Shown piece by piece: positions 54,229 through 64,000 of a stretch of DNA of 64,000 nt. Within the stretch, counting starts at the first letter, position 1; each line of letters begins with the position of its first letter. The position numbers and the translations under genes were made by a program. Location of the stretch: positions 22,110 through 86,109 of the forward strand of contig DOTD01000073.1 of assembly GCA_003513005.1 (NCBI GenBank). Direction: 5' to 3'. The notes beneath the pieces are model-generated. The model ran no database searches and was not told the origin of the DNA. It worked only from the letters and a program-made list of their open reading frames with translations. Origin of the DNA: Desulfotomaculum sp. (lineage in GTDB: Bacteria; Bacillota; Desulfotomaculia; Desulfotomaculales; Nap2-2B).

Positions 54229-55602
54229 TTATGGAGCCTGATGGCTGATCTTCTCATTGCTTTTTCCGTTTAAGCCGTTTGCCGTCTCTCCGCCAATAGC
54301 CACGGGGATAGTCTGCAGAATAATCTTTAAATCCAGTAAAGGAGAGTAATGCCGTATATAGTAAAGGTCGAACCTTAATTTATCCTCGGCTGAAGTGGTA
54401 TACTTTCCAAAAACCTGAGCCATTCCGGTAAGACCGGGTTTTACAAGATAACGGTAATGGTAATCAGGCAATTCGCTGACAAACTGTTCAACGAAAAAGG
54501 ACCTTTCCGGCCTTGGCCCGACGATACTCATATCTCCTTTAATAACATTGAATAATTGAGGCAGTTCATCCAGCCGGGTAGACCTTAAAAATTTACCCGC
54601 ACGGGTTATCCGGGGATCCTTTTCAGCCGATAAAACGGGCCCGGTGTGTTTCTCTGCATCGTGAACCATAGTGCGAAACTTATACAGTAAAAATGGTTTC
54701 CCTTTTAAGCCTATTCGCTCCTGTATATAGAACACCGGCCCCGGAGAACTCACCGCAACAATAACAACGCAGGCGACCAGAACCGGCGCCGTGATAATAA
54801 AGCATAATAACGCGAAAAACAAGTCAGTCCCTCTTTTTGCCGCCTTCTGCAATATTGATAACCGAATGTCCCGAACCTCGACAACAGGCAGGTCATTAAG
54901 CTGGAGCATGCTGCCGCGGCTAAGCATTATATCATACAGGTCCGGCACTAGAAAAGCTTCCCGGCGCGCTTCCAGGCAGGCTGTCAAAACTTTGGCCTTG
55001 AGCTCCCGGGAAAGCAAGGGTGAAAGTAAAACTGCGTTAGCCTTCTTTAACAAAACTGGAAGTTGATCAATATCTTCCGGTGAAATTACCTGCTGAATTC
55101 CAAACCAGGACCCTGGCGGGCAGACCAACTTTTCAAGCATCCCCGGAACTTCCAGGCCGCGTCCGATAACCAGCAGCTCCTGCCGCCCGTATAACCAGCG
55201 TTCGAAATACCAAAAGAAATACCTCCAGACACAGATTAGCTGCGCCTGGATGAACATAGCCAGGATTAATACACTGCGCGGAAAGGCAAAACCACGAAAC
55301 CAGAAAGTAAGCGCCATGGTTATTATCATAACACCTGCTATACCGGTAACGACCCCCCCGATCGTGGATAAGGGTCCGTTCCGACGCCCCCGGTATAGGC
55401 CCAGCCCGCCGAACAAAACCAGGGTTGCTGTTCCAATCCAGGGGAAAACGCTGATGAACGGCTGCCAGTTAAATACCGGCACTTCAACAGGGAAGCGAAT
55501 GGCAAAAGCAAGAAAGTACCCCAGGAAAACCAGCAGTAAATCTCCGGCGGCCAGCAGATAAGGCAGAAAAGGTTTTAGTATTCGCATTTTAAACATATTC
55601 AT
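54229..55602 (-). CDS. Polyprenyl-phosphate glycosyl-1-phosphate transferase (WbaP/WcaJ-type initiating sugar transferase)
   Basis: The C-terminus reads KRGTDLFFALL....PVFYIQERIGLKGKPFLLYKFRTM....DELPQLFNVIKGDMSIVGPRP. Confidence 0.85.
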   Translation of the reverse strand: MNMFKMRILKPFLPYLLAAGDLLLVFLGYFLAFAIRFPVEVPVFNWQPFISVFPWIGTATLVLFGGLGLYRGRRNGPLSTIGGVVTGIAGVMIITMALTFWFRGFAFPRSVLILAMFIQAQLICVWRYFFWYFERWLYGRQELLVIGRGLEVPGMLEKLVCPPGSWFGIQQVISPEDIDQLPVLLKKANAVLLSPLLSRELKAKVLTACLEARREAFLVPDLYDIMLSRGSMLQLNDLPVVEVRDIRLSILQKAAKRGTDLFFALLCFIITAPVLVACVVIVAVSSPGPVFYIQERIGLKGKPFLLYKFRTMVHDAEKHTGPVLSAEKDPRITRAGKFLRSTRLDELPQLFNVIKGDMSIVGPRPERSFFVEQFVSELPDYHYRYLVKPGLTGMAQVFGKYTTSAEDKLRFDLYYIRHYSPLLDLKIILQTIPVAIGGETANGLNGKSNEKISHQAP

Positions 55603-55680
55603 AACCAGAGTTATTTTTTACTTGTGCAGGCGGGATCTAATAACAATTCTTCATAATATAGTGGCGCCGCTTGAAGCGGC

Positions 55681-55728
55681 CTGAAAATTAACTTGCATTA
55701 GGGAGGTCGGCTGTCTACATGCTCATGT
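55681..55728. repeat. Copy B of the ~48-nt intergenic repeat family
   Basis: Sequence ctgaaaattaacttgcattagggaggtcggctgtctacatgctcatgt. Its right end supplies the last codons (..HMSM) and stop of the DUF1285-like gene. Confidence 0.7.
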
Positions 55729-56176
55729 GCGGATCTTGTTTCTCGATAAGGTCCTTTTTTCTAATGATCGGCCATATCTTCTGCCCGTAGATCACCTTTT
55801 CCGGTTCATCAGCTTCCTCCAAGTAATTCGTCAGGGACCACCACGCTGATCTGGAAACACGTGTGTCTTCAGGCCATTTCAGGGTAATATAAGGCACATC
55901 TCCAATTAGAATTACCGGCCCGTCCGGGAGTTCAATATCCCTTCCATCGGCTAACAGGATTCTTAATGTCCCGTCCTCCGGAATAACCTCAGCTACGACA
56001 AAAGGCGTCTCTTCAACCTCAACCGGCATGGATTCGTTGCCCAGGCAGACCAGAAAACCGCCATTTTCATCTTTTTGCAGATTCTCCGCGAAAAGCTTAG
56101 ATATCTTGCGGTGTATTATAGGATTATAGTCAGCATACCAGGTTCCTTCTTTATCAATACGCAGTATGGATACCAA
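55715..56176 (-). CDS. DUF1285-like protein
   Basis: DKEGTWYADYNPIIHRKISKLFAENLQKDENGGFLVCLGNESMPVEVEETPFVV fits the DUF1285 pattern. The start is placed at TTG 56176 to avoid overlap with the glycosyltransferase gene. Confidence 0.5.
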   Translation of the reverse strand: MVSILRIDKEGTWYADYNPIIHRKISKLFAENLQKDENGGFLVCLGNESMPVEVEETPFVVAEVIPEDGTLRILLADGRDIELPDGPVILIGDVPYITLKWPEDTRVSRSAWWSLTNYLEEADEPEKVIYGQKIWPIIRKKDLIEKQDPHMSM

Positions 56177-56198
56177 TTTATCACCCGGTCTTTTTATA

Positions 56199-57326
56199 TT
56201 AAGAATTGTAAAGCAATTTGTAATCCTGTACCATGCGGGCAAGTGAAAAATTACTTTTTGCTTTATTGTGCCCTGAAATGCCCAGTTGTTTACGCAATTC
56301 AGGATCTTCCAACAGCCTGATCAGCTTTTTTAAGGCCTGTTTTTTATCTCCGGGGTCAACTAAAAATCCTGTTTCTCCGTCCGCAACCAACTCCGGAATA
56401 CCCCCGATAATGTTGGCCAGAACCGGCAGTTTGTTTAACATGGCCTCGATTATAGTCAGCGGCAAACCTTCCCAAAGTGAAAACAAACAGAATACATCAA
56501 AATCTCCCATCAAAGAGGCGGCGTTTTCCCTGCTTCCCAAAAGAAAAATATGTTTTTGCAAACAGTTTAGGTTTATGTAGTCCTCGCATTGATTTCTCAA
56601 GGGTCCGTCTCCGATCAGGACAAAGAATATTTTCAGGCTGCTGTTAAGGGATAACAGGTCAGACGCCAATTCCAGGAAATAAAGGGGGTTTTTTTGCGCG
56701 CTCAACCTGCAAACAGTCCCCACCAGAAGATCATCGGCGCCCAGGCCCAGTTCAGCCCTTAAAATACCCGTCTTCAAACAGCCGTGAAGGGGAACTCCAT
56801 TGTATATAACAGCCAGCTTGGAAGGCGCTATACGTTTCTTTACGCCCCAATTATAATCTGCCTTTGATACACAGACCAGATTCGTGCTTATAACTGCGGC
56901 TGCCTTTTCCGCCGCCGTATAAAAAAATTGCCTTAGCCTGCTTTGTTCCGGAGTAATCCCCCAACCGTGAACAGTAAAAATTTTTTTCTTTATCCCGGCC
57001 AAAAAGGCTGCTGCCCTGCCAAGTATTCCCGCCTTCGAACTGTGGCAGTGGACTATGTCAAAACCACTCCCGGCCATCAACCGGCTGAGTTTCCACAATG
57101 CGATTAGATCATGCAATAAAGAAACACTGCGGCGCAGTTGGGGAAGCTCGACAATTTTTACAGTGTCAAGCTCTTTTAACCATTTAACCAGTTCCCCACC
57201 AGGACTGCAAGCCACTGTAACTTCAAAGTTATCCTTAGGAAGACCGCTGGCCAGATAAAAAAGTATTTTTTGCGCCCCGCCAAGTTCTGAAAGAGTGATC
57301 ACATAAAGTATTCTGATCTTTTTCAA
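56199..57326 (-). CDS. GT4-family glycosyltransferase
   Basis: The start TTG 57326 (GGAGG plus 8 nt) gives (M)KKIRILYVITLSELGGAQK. The C-terminal EGLPLTIIEAM motif is present. Confidence 0.8.
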   Translation of the reverse strand: MKKIRILYVITLSELGGAQKILFYLASGLPKDNFEVTVACSPGGELVKWLKELDTVKIVELPQLRRSVSLLHDLIALWKLSRLMAGSGFDIVHCHSSKAGILGRAAAFLAGIKKKIFTVHGWGITPEQSRLRQFFYTAAEKAAAVISTNLVCVSKADYNWGVKKRIAPSKLAVIYNGVPLHGCLKTGILRAELGLGADDLLVGTVCRLSAQKNPLYFLELASDLLSLNSSLKIFFVLIGDGPLRNQCEDYINLNCLQKHIFLLGSRENAASLMGDFDVFCLFSLWEGLPLTIIEAMLNKLPVLANIIGGIPELVADGETGFLVDPGDKKQALKKLIRLLEDPELRKQLGISGHNKAKSNFSLARMVQDYKLLYNS

Positions 57327-57387
57327 AAGTCCCGGCCTCCAAGGCGGTTCCAAAATACGTCCGCCGCCCTTAGGTAAATTTTACCTG

Positions 57388-59940
57388 CTACTGAACTTGG
57401 GCTGTTACGGGGATCTCACTCGACGTAATACTTACCTTCGAACCCGGGATCAAGAATCTTAATTGTTGAAATGCCTGGCTGAATGATTGATCTATCGCCG
57501 TTGCCTTTTCCAGGAAATCTTTTGATTCCTGTTCCTTCCCCTGATTATCTTTAAGCAGGGCCAGCCAGAGAAAAGCCTCGCCTTTGTTCTGGTCATCCGC
57601 AGCGGCATTTTGTAAATACTTTTCGGCCTCGGCTGGATTGCCCAGAAGCAAGTATGATTGACCTTCATATAGCTGTATACCAGGAGTGACAGACAACATG
57701 GGACCATCTCTCCACAATTTTTTTTCATCCGCGCTCAGGCCGGACAACCGGTTATTTATAAGCGAAGGCACTTTAAGAGTCTCCTGCAGGTATGACCGGG
57801 CCGATTCTTTCTTGCCCTGGGCAAGTTCAGATCTTCCAATAACAGTACAAGTTCTGGCCAGATTCTCATAACCTGAGATGCTATACGGAGCTAGTTCTAT
57901 CGCCTGTTTGGCATAGCTTAATGACTGGCCGAACTTTCCCGTATACGCAGATAAGGTAGACAGATCCTGTTTGCAGGAAGAGCTGTAACGGCTCAACTGA
58001 GAAGCGCGGCGGGCCTCATCAAAAGCTTTTTGATAATTACCTTCATTGAAATAAAGACCGGCCAGTCTTAATCGGTATTCGGCGTACAATGGGTTCCGGG
58101 CTGCGGCCATTTGCAAATTCTGTAATGCTTTTTGCGTATTTTGGGTTTGTTTTGCTGTATCGGAAGAGTACATATTGGCCGACGCAAGACTCATTCCCAA
58201 CAAAAGAAATATTAAGCAAACAAACGAAGAAACACTCAATATAACCGGGTTTAGGGGTTTTGAATTCCTTGCTGAGACAGCCGGTTGTTTCCCGGATTCG
58301 TTGGCCTTCCGGCGCTTCTTTTTTCTGCTGGCGCTTTCCTTAATTTCTTTGGATTGTCTACCTGATATACCCGGCGCCACTTGCTGCCCTTGATCAAAGA
58401 CCTGATCAGCATTAGGCATGGTTTCCAAAAACCGCATACAGGCAAATAACATCCACAGAGCCATAGTTAAGGCGGATAAGGAAAGGTTAAAATCTATTAA
58501 GGCATGCCCACCGGCCACAACAGCGCCGGCAAACAACGACACAGCCAGTATCCGGCGGTTACTGTCCGGCGGCGCCGTGCGGTAAACGCGGCGCCCCGTC
58601 CGGAGAAACACCGCCCAAATGCCCAGAATAACCAGCAGTCCTATAATCCCTGTCTCAACAGCTACTTGAAAATAGTAACTGTGCACTTCTGTAGAATTAT
58701 ATAAGTAATGCTGGAAGGAACGGTAGGCCTCTTCCCATCCGCCTCCTCCCCAACCGAGGAAGGGGCGGGCCTTAATCATGTCCAGAGCATCCCGGACGAA
58801 AAAGAACCTTTCAAAAGCATTCCGCAGGTAACTGAAAGAAGCTATTTGCTTAATCAATCCCGGATGCATGGCTGTGCCGATTGCCGCAGCCGCTATGATT
58901 ACAATTCCCGTACCCGCCAGGGTCCATTTCGTCTTTAAGCGGGATTTCAACCACGTAAGCATACCCTTGTCCAGCATAAAGTTATATAAATACTGTAAAA
59001 CGGCAACGACAACTATCCCTGCAAAGAACCACAGCCATGCAAGACCCATCCGCTTGGCCTGAGCGAGGATGACAAATTTGTAGATGACCGGGTAGGCGAT
59101 AATACCGGGAACAAGCACATTGATTAATACAGGCAGGCGTTTGGACCAGTCAAGTATCACAAGATAAACAATAAATACAACTGCCGCCGCCAGGAGGCCT
59201 GCGCGTGACTTGGCGCCAAAAAGGACAACCAGAAGGGTAAAATTGATTAAGACGTACAAGTACCCATAGAGTTTTATTTTTTGCAGCCATCCCGGCAGTA
59301 TTTGCTTAAGAAAACGGTCATTGACAGTATCTGCTACGGTTAGAGCGCTATATCTTTGCCAGAAATATAAACCCAGAAATAAAGCTATAGCCAGATAACT
59401 TGAAAGGGCGTTCGGATATTGGAAAGTCGAATAGATCCTGCTGTATAAAAAGCCATCCTTAAAATAGACCAGGCCGGTGGCGATTGCCAATCCTGCAACG
59501 GCCACACCGAAAGCTGCCAGATAAACAGCGTTCAGCATCTGGTGCAGAGATCTTTCATCTTTAATCAACTGCACAACCAGCCAGTAAACAGAAAAGTAAA
59601 GGATATTTTTGATAAATTCATCAAGGGCAAATCCGTAGTTAGCCGCATTGATCGCAGAAAACAGATATACTACGGGAAAGGCTGCAATTAAATAATCAAG
59701 CGGATGTGATAAAAAGGTATATTCTCTTTCTCCATATTTCCAAAGCCAGGCGAACCAGACCAGGATGGATGCCAAGATAAGAAAAACATGCTGGTCCGTG
59801 TTAAAAAACAGTCCTCTGAAAAAAGGCGCCAGAACAAGGATACCCGCCAAACCCCAAAAAGCGGCCTGGTGAGTCCAGGGCTTCGGGATTACGGATACAG
59901 ACTGAGTTCCTTGTCCTGCCTTGAGCGTAGCTTTTGCCAT
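57388..59940 (-). CDS. O-antigen-ligase-like (Wzy_C) polytopic membrane protein fused to C-terminal TPR repeats
   Basis: 850 aa with about 12 TM helices, then a basic linker, a TM helix and TPR-like repeats (..AEYRLRLAGLYFNEGNYQKAFDEARRA..). Confidence 0.7.
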   Translation of the reverse strand: MAKATLKAGQGTQSVSVIPKPWTHQAAFWGLAGILVLAPFFRGLFFNTDQHVFLILASILVWFAWLWKYGEREYTFLSHPLDYLIAAFPVVYLFSAINAANYGFALDEFIKNILYFSVYWLVVQLIKDERSLHQMLNAVYLAAFGVAVAGLAIATGLVYFKDGFLYSRIYSTFQYPNALSSYLAIALFLGLYFWQRYSALTVADTVNDRFLKQILPGWLQKIKLYGYLYVLINFTLLVVLFGAKSRAGLLAAAVVFIVYLVILDWSKRLPVLINVLVPGIIAYPVIYKFVILAQAKRMGLAWLWFFAGIVVVAVLQYLYNFMLDKGMLTWLKSRLKTKWTLAGTGIVIIAAAAIGTAMHPGLIKQIASFSYLRNAFERFFFVRDALDMIKARPFLGWGGGGWEEAYRSFQHYLYNSTEVHSYYFQVAVETGIIGLLVILGIWAVFLRTGRRVYRTAPPDSNRRILAVSLFAGAVVAGGHALIDFNLSLSALTMALWMLFACMRFLETMPNADQVFDQGQQVAPGISGRQSKEIKESASRKKKRRKANESGKQPAVSARNSKPLNPVILSVSSFVCLIFLLLGMSLASANMYSSDTAKQTQNTQKALQNLQMAAARNPLYAEYRLRLAGLYFNEGNYQKAFDEARRASQLSRYSSSCKQDLSTLSAYTGKFGQSLSYAKQAIELAPYSISGYENLARTCTVIGRSELAQGKKESARSYLQETLKVPSLINNRLSGLSADEKKLWRDGPMLSVTPGIQLYEGQSYLLLGNPAEAEKYLQNAAADDQNKGEAFLWLALLKDNQGKEQESKDFLEKATAIDQSFSQAFQQLRFLIPGSKVSITSSEIPVTAQVQ

Positions 59941-60065
59941 CTATTAACAATACCCCTTCAACAAATTATTGATTTATTAAGGATATTTCTCCGGCCTTTG
60001 ACAGTATTCCTGCTCATAAAACATTTTTTTGAATTACTGCAATTAAAAATGTTGCCCGCAGCCGG

Positions 60066-60106
60066 TAAATAAAAAGGGCCGGATATCTTTAAAAAGATAC
60101 GGCCTT
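60066..60106 (-). terminator. Intrinsic terminator after the coiled-coil protein gene
   Basis: The minus strand reads AAAGGCCGTATCTTT-ttaa-AGATATCCGGCCCTTT followed by TTATTT. Confidence 0.55.
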
Positions 60107-60185
60107 TACAAAAACCGGTAAATATACCGAAATCATTTGTATTAAATTAGCAAAACGCCCCCTGTTCGTTTATTAAGAAACTCAG

Positions 60186-61595
60186 TTACATTAAAATGTA
60201 TTTTATGAACCAGTTCTTTGCCGCATATAGTTTCAAGACCAGCTTAATTAACGGAGATCTTAATTCTCTTTGCAATCTCCTGTATTCCTCACGTGAATTG
60301 ATCAAATCCTGCTGGAGAAAACGGAGGGAATGCCCTAAATCTTCTTCATTTCTTAAAGCTTCCTGCAGATTGTTGTTTAAGGTGTCTATCTCCTCCTGCA
60401 GCACAGTTTCTTTCTTGCTGATCATTTCTTTTGAGCGTTCGAGTCTCTGGCGCAATTCAATTATTTCTGTCTGAAGTTCGGCTACTTTTGTAGTATGCCG
60501 CTCTTTCAACTCAGCCAGACGTGTTTTATTCTCCCTGTCCCTCTCCTGGTATTGCTGCAGCCGTGCCTGTAATGCCTCAATATTTCCCTGGGCTTGAACC
60601 AGCGCCTCTTTATGCTGATATTTCTCAGCTTCTTTTTCACGCGCCTTTTTTACCCAAAGCCGGCACTGGTACAGGATGCTGTTCGCTTTCGCCTCAAGCT
60701 TGTTTATGTGCCCCCTGTACCTGAAAATCTCTTTCTTGCGCAGGTTGAGCAGCAGGTCTTTTTCCGCCATTTGGGTAACCATCTGCTCGTGCCGGCCAAT
60801 TTCTTCAGCCCTCAAAGCCAGAGCGGCAGCCGCTTCTTTATGAGCCAGGGCGATTTCGTCCAGCCTCTCTTTTAAGACAGACTCTCTCTTCTGCATTTGA
60901 TCCCTGTATCGTGACCAGGACGCTTTTTGCCTGATTAAGACGTTTAAAAATTTTTTCATCATCTTCTCATAGACCACTCGCAAAGTTGGGTTATAGGACC
61001 AAATTCCATCTGCAACCTTTTGAAAATAGGGGAATTTGTGGAGCATGTCTTCCACGTCTTTTAATCTTGTTTGACGCCAGACAGATACAACTTCGAATAT
61101 CTGCTGGGCTGACAGGCCGGCGGGGTAAAGCTTCAATGACTTGATGACCATGTCTTTTAAAGAATATAAAGCAGCTTCGACTTCCCATTCCGTCAATCCC
61201 CAATGACCGTTCTGCAGTTGAATAAAGCGGCCGTCGGAAATAAGACTGCCCTCCTCGGCAATAATTCTCTTGAAATTTTTATTTTTGCCTTTTGCATTCC
61301 CACCCCGCATAACTTCCTTTAAGTTCAACGGCTGCTGCCTCTTTAAAAGAAGGGCGTAAAAGGCGTCGTTTTCCCGTCTGCCTTCAAGGTTTAAACGCCA
61401 GGAATTTTTTTGATCACGAAAGAAACAGGAATGCTGGCGCAAACACAGGATTATTTTATTTTCAATCTTTGCCGGTTCATAATCCTGTATCATTTTTTGT
61501 TGAACATATGGGGTTAACTCAGCCACATTCAGGGTTTCGAAAAAAAACAGCGTTTTTTTAAGAACATCGTTAAGAGAGTAAAGTTCCCCCGCCAT
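60186..61595 (-). CDS. Protein with two HARE-HTH-like N-terminal domains and a ~250-aa coiled coil
   Basis: The start is ATG 61595 (SD GAAAGGTGG). FFRDQKNSWRLNLE and SDGRFIQLQNGHWGLTEWE resemble the D.RF...g.WgL..W signature of HARE-HTH (RpoE-delta N-terminal type) domains. The C-terminal half is heptad-rich and Glu/Lys/Arg/Leu-rich. Confidence 0.4.
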   Translation of the reverse strand: MAGELYSLNDVLKKTLFFFETLNVAELTPYVQQKMIQDYEPAKIENKIILCLRQHSCFFRDQKNSWRLNLEGRRENDAFYALLLKRQQPLNLKEVMRGGNAKGKNKNFKRIIAEEGSLISDGRFIQLQNGHWGLTEWEVEAALYSLKDMVIKSLKLYPAGLSAQQIFEVVSVWRQTRLKDVEDMLHKFPYFQKVADGIWSYNPTLRVVYEKMMKKFLNVLIRQKASWSRYRDQMQKRESVLKERLDEIALAHKEAAAALALRAEEIGRHEQMVTQMAEKDLLLNLRKKEIFRYRGHINKLEAKANSILYQCRLWVKKAREKEAEKYQHKEALVQAQGNIEALQARLQQYQERDRENKTRLAELKERHTTKVAELQTEIIELRQRLERSKEMISKKETVLQEEIDTLNNNLQEALRNEEDLGHSLRFLQQDLINSREEYRRLQRELRSPLIKLVLKLYAAKNWFIKYILM

Positions 61596-61775
61596 ATATA
61601 AACCACCTTTCCCAAGATCCTCTTCCAAATGAAATAATTTGATATAAGATAATTCAATTGGTAATTACTACTTTCCTTTAAAAATACAGATAAATATTCC
61701 ACTATTTACCTGCACAAACTGTAAAATAACGAACAAAATCTTGCCCATGCCCAAAAATACGTCAATATAGTTCAG

Positions 61776-61829
61776 GTAAATAAAAAATCCAGCAGGATAT
61801 TTCTTTCGAAATAAACCAAACTGGATTTT
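61776..61829 (-). terminator. Terminator after guaB
   Basis: The minus strand reads AAAATCCAG-(28-nt loop)-CTGGATTTT followed by TTATTT. Confidence 0.45.
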
Positions 61830-61851
61830 GCTAACTTAATTTATTATGTTT

Positions 61852-63330
<1,479 letters not shown>

Positions 63331-63407
63331 TTAATCAAATTTGCCTTTTATTATAGCATAAAGGACTGGCCCCGGGCCAGTCCTTTGGTTGACCAAACTT
63401 CTAATAA

Positions 63408-63770
63408 TTAAAAAGCAAGGGCTTCATCTACATTAATTATTATTACATGGTTGATGGTTCCGCGTTCAGCATATTCCTTTTTAAATTTTTCAAAAAGGGC
63501 GCCGGAAGTAACAATTTCAGCCTTGCCCCAGACGCGCCACCCTTTTCTGGTTGCAGGATCAAAAGCCGTAGCAGATATAAAGGGATTCTCCTGCAGGTTT
63601 TTTACAGTGCGCGGCGATCTCAAATTGACAAAAACCACACGTTCGTCATCAAGAAGGCGCAGTGAGCCTTTCAAGGAAACATTCGGCATGCCGTTCTTAT
63701 CAGCGGTTGCCACCAGGGCCGGTTTATACTCTCCAATAGCTTTAATAACTTCCTCTGCCATTTTAGCCAT
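63408..63770 (-). CDS. Pyridoxamine 5'-phosphate oxidase-family (FMN-binding split-barrel) protein
   Basis: 120 aa. ALVATADKNGMPNVSLKGSL......VVFVNLRSPRTVKNLQENP fits the family pattern. Confidence 0.6.
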   Translation of the reverse strand: MAKMAEEVIKAIGEYKPALVATADKNGMPNVSLKGSLRLLDDERVVFVNLRSPRTVKNLQENPFISATAFDPATRKGWRVWGKAEIVTSGALFEKFKKEYAERGTINHVIIINVDEALAF

Positions 63771-63870
63771 CCAAACTATCCCTCCTTAATTATTGCAGAA
63801 AAAAGATTTTCCCCTTTAACCAGTATAAAGTCAGGCAATAAACAGTGTCAACTTATAAATCCTTGAACGT

Positions 63871-64000
63871 TTAGTTCCTGTACCTCCTGCTCAGCCGGCG
63901 TTTCCTGCGTTTGGCAACGCAATAAACCTCACGGGCGGCAAATGTTAACAGCAGGCCGGCGATCAAAATGATTACACTCTTTTCCGGCAAACTTTTTACC
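63871..64000 (-). CDS. 3' end of an unidentified membrane-protein gene (N-terminus outside the window)
   Basis: The minus-strand frame reads ..SVIILIAGLLLTFAAREVYCVAKRRKRRLSRRYRN then a stop. This is a TM helix followed by a basic tail. Confidence 0.3.
   Translation of the reverse strand, partial: VKSLPEKSVIILIAGLLLTFAAREVYCVAKRRKRRLSRRYRN

Overview
This 64-kb window comes from a spore-forming anaerobic Firmicute (class Clostridia). The gene content resembles Moorella- or Peptococcaceae-type acetogens or syntrophs, but the species cannot be named from sequence alone. About 55 genes are present, almost all on the minus strand. No rRNA, tRNA, CRISPR array, integrase or phage gene was seen. The window divides into six blocks. 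(i) 1-6.6 kb holds an ABC-2 glycan exporter plus a complete five-activity pathway for UDP-2,3-diacetamido-2,3-dideoxy-mannuronate (WbpA/B/E/D/I logic, with WbpB and WbpD fused). (ii) 6.6-14.7 kb holds the Wood-Ljungdahl acetyl-CoA synthase operon acsB-acsC-acsV(RACo)-cooC-acsD-acsE, with no adjacent CODH gene (acsA). (iii) 14.9-18.25 kb is a decayed accessory island bracketed by a 29-nt direct repeat. It carries two intact and one fragmentary Uma2-family endonuclease genes, frameshifted transposase-like fragments and a dockerin remnant. (iv) 17.5-33.5 kb is the most unusual part. Nine co-oriented secreted-protein genes form a cellulosome-like cohesin/dockerin/SLH surface-assembly locus with no carbohydrate-active enzyme. 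It has one cohesin protein, three dockerin proteins (one a metzincin protease), three SLH-triplet wall anchors and two unrecognised protein modules shared between differently anchored paralogues. It ends in an orphan ~1015-aa cysteine-rich secreted protein with a long structured 5' leader. A VKOR-like thiol oxidoreductase gene lies just upstream. (v) 35-52 kb is the conserved Firmicute sporulation and housekeeping block: ftsH, tilS, spoIIE, ppx, yabR, divIC, yabQ, yabP, spoIID, yabO, hup, yabN/mazG, spoVT, mfd. (vi) 52-64 kb holds a purC-like gene, an uninterrupted sigK, a glycan-assembly cluster, a HARE-HTH/coiled-coil protein, guaB and a PNPOx-like gene. Two short intergenic repeat families recur across the window. 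All domain calls come from reading the translated ORFs, and no database search was run.
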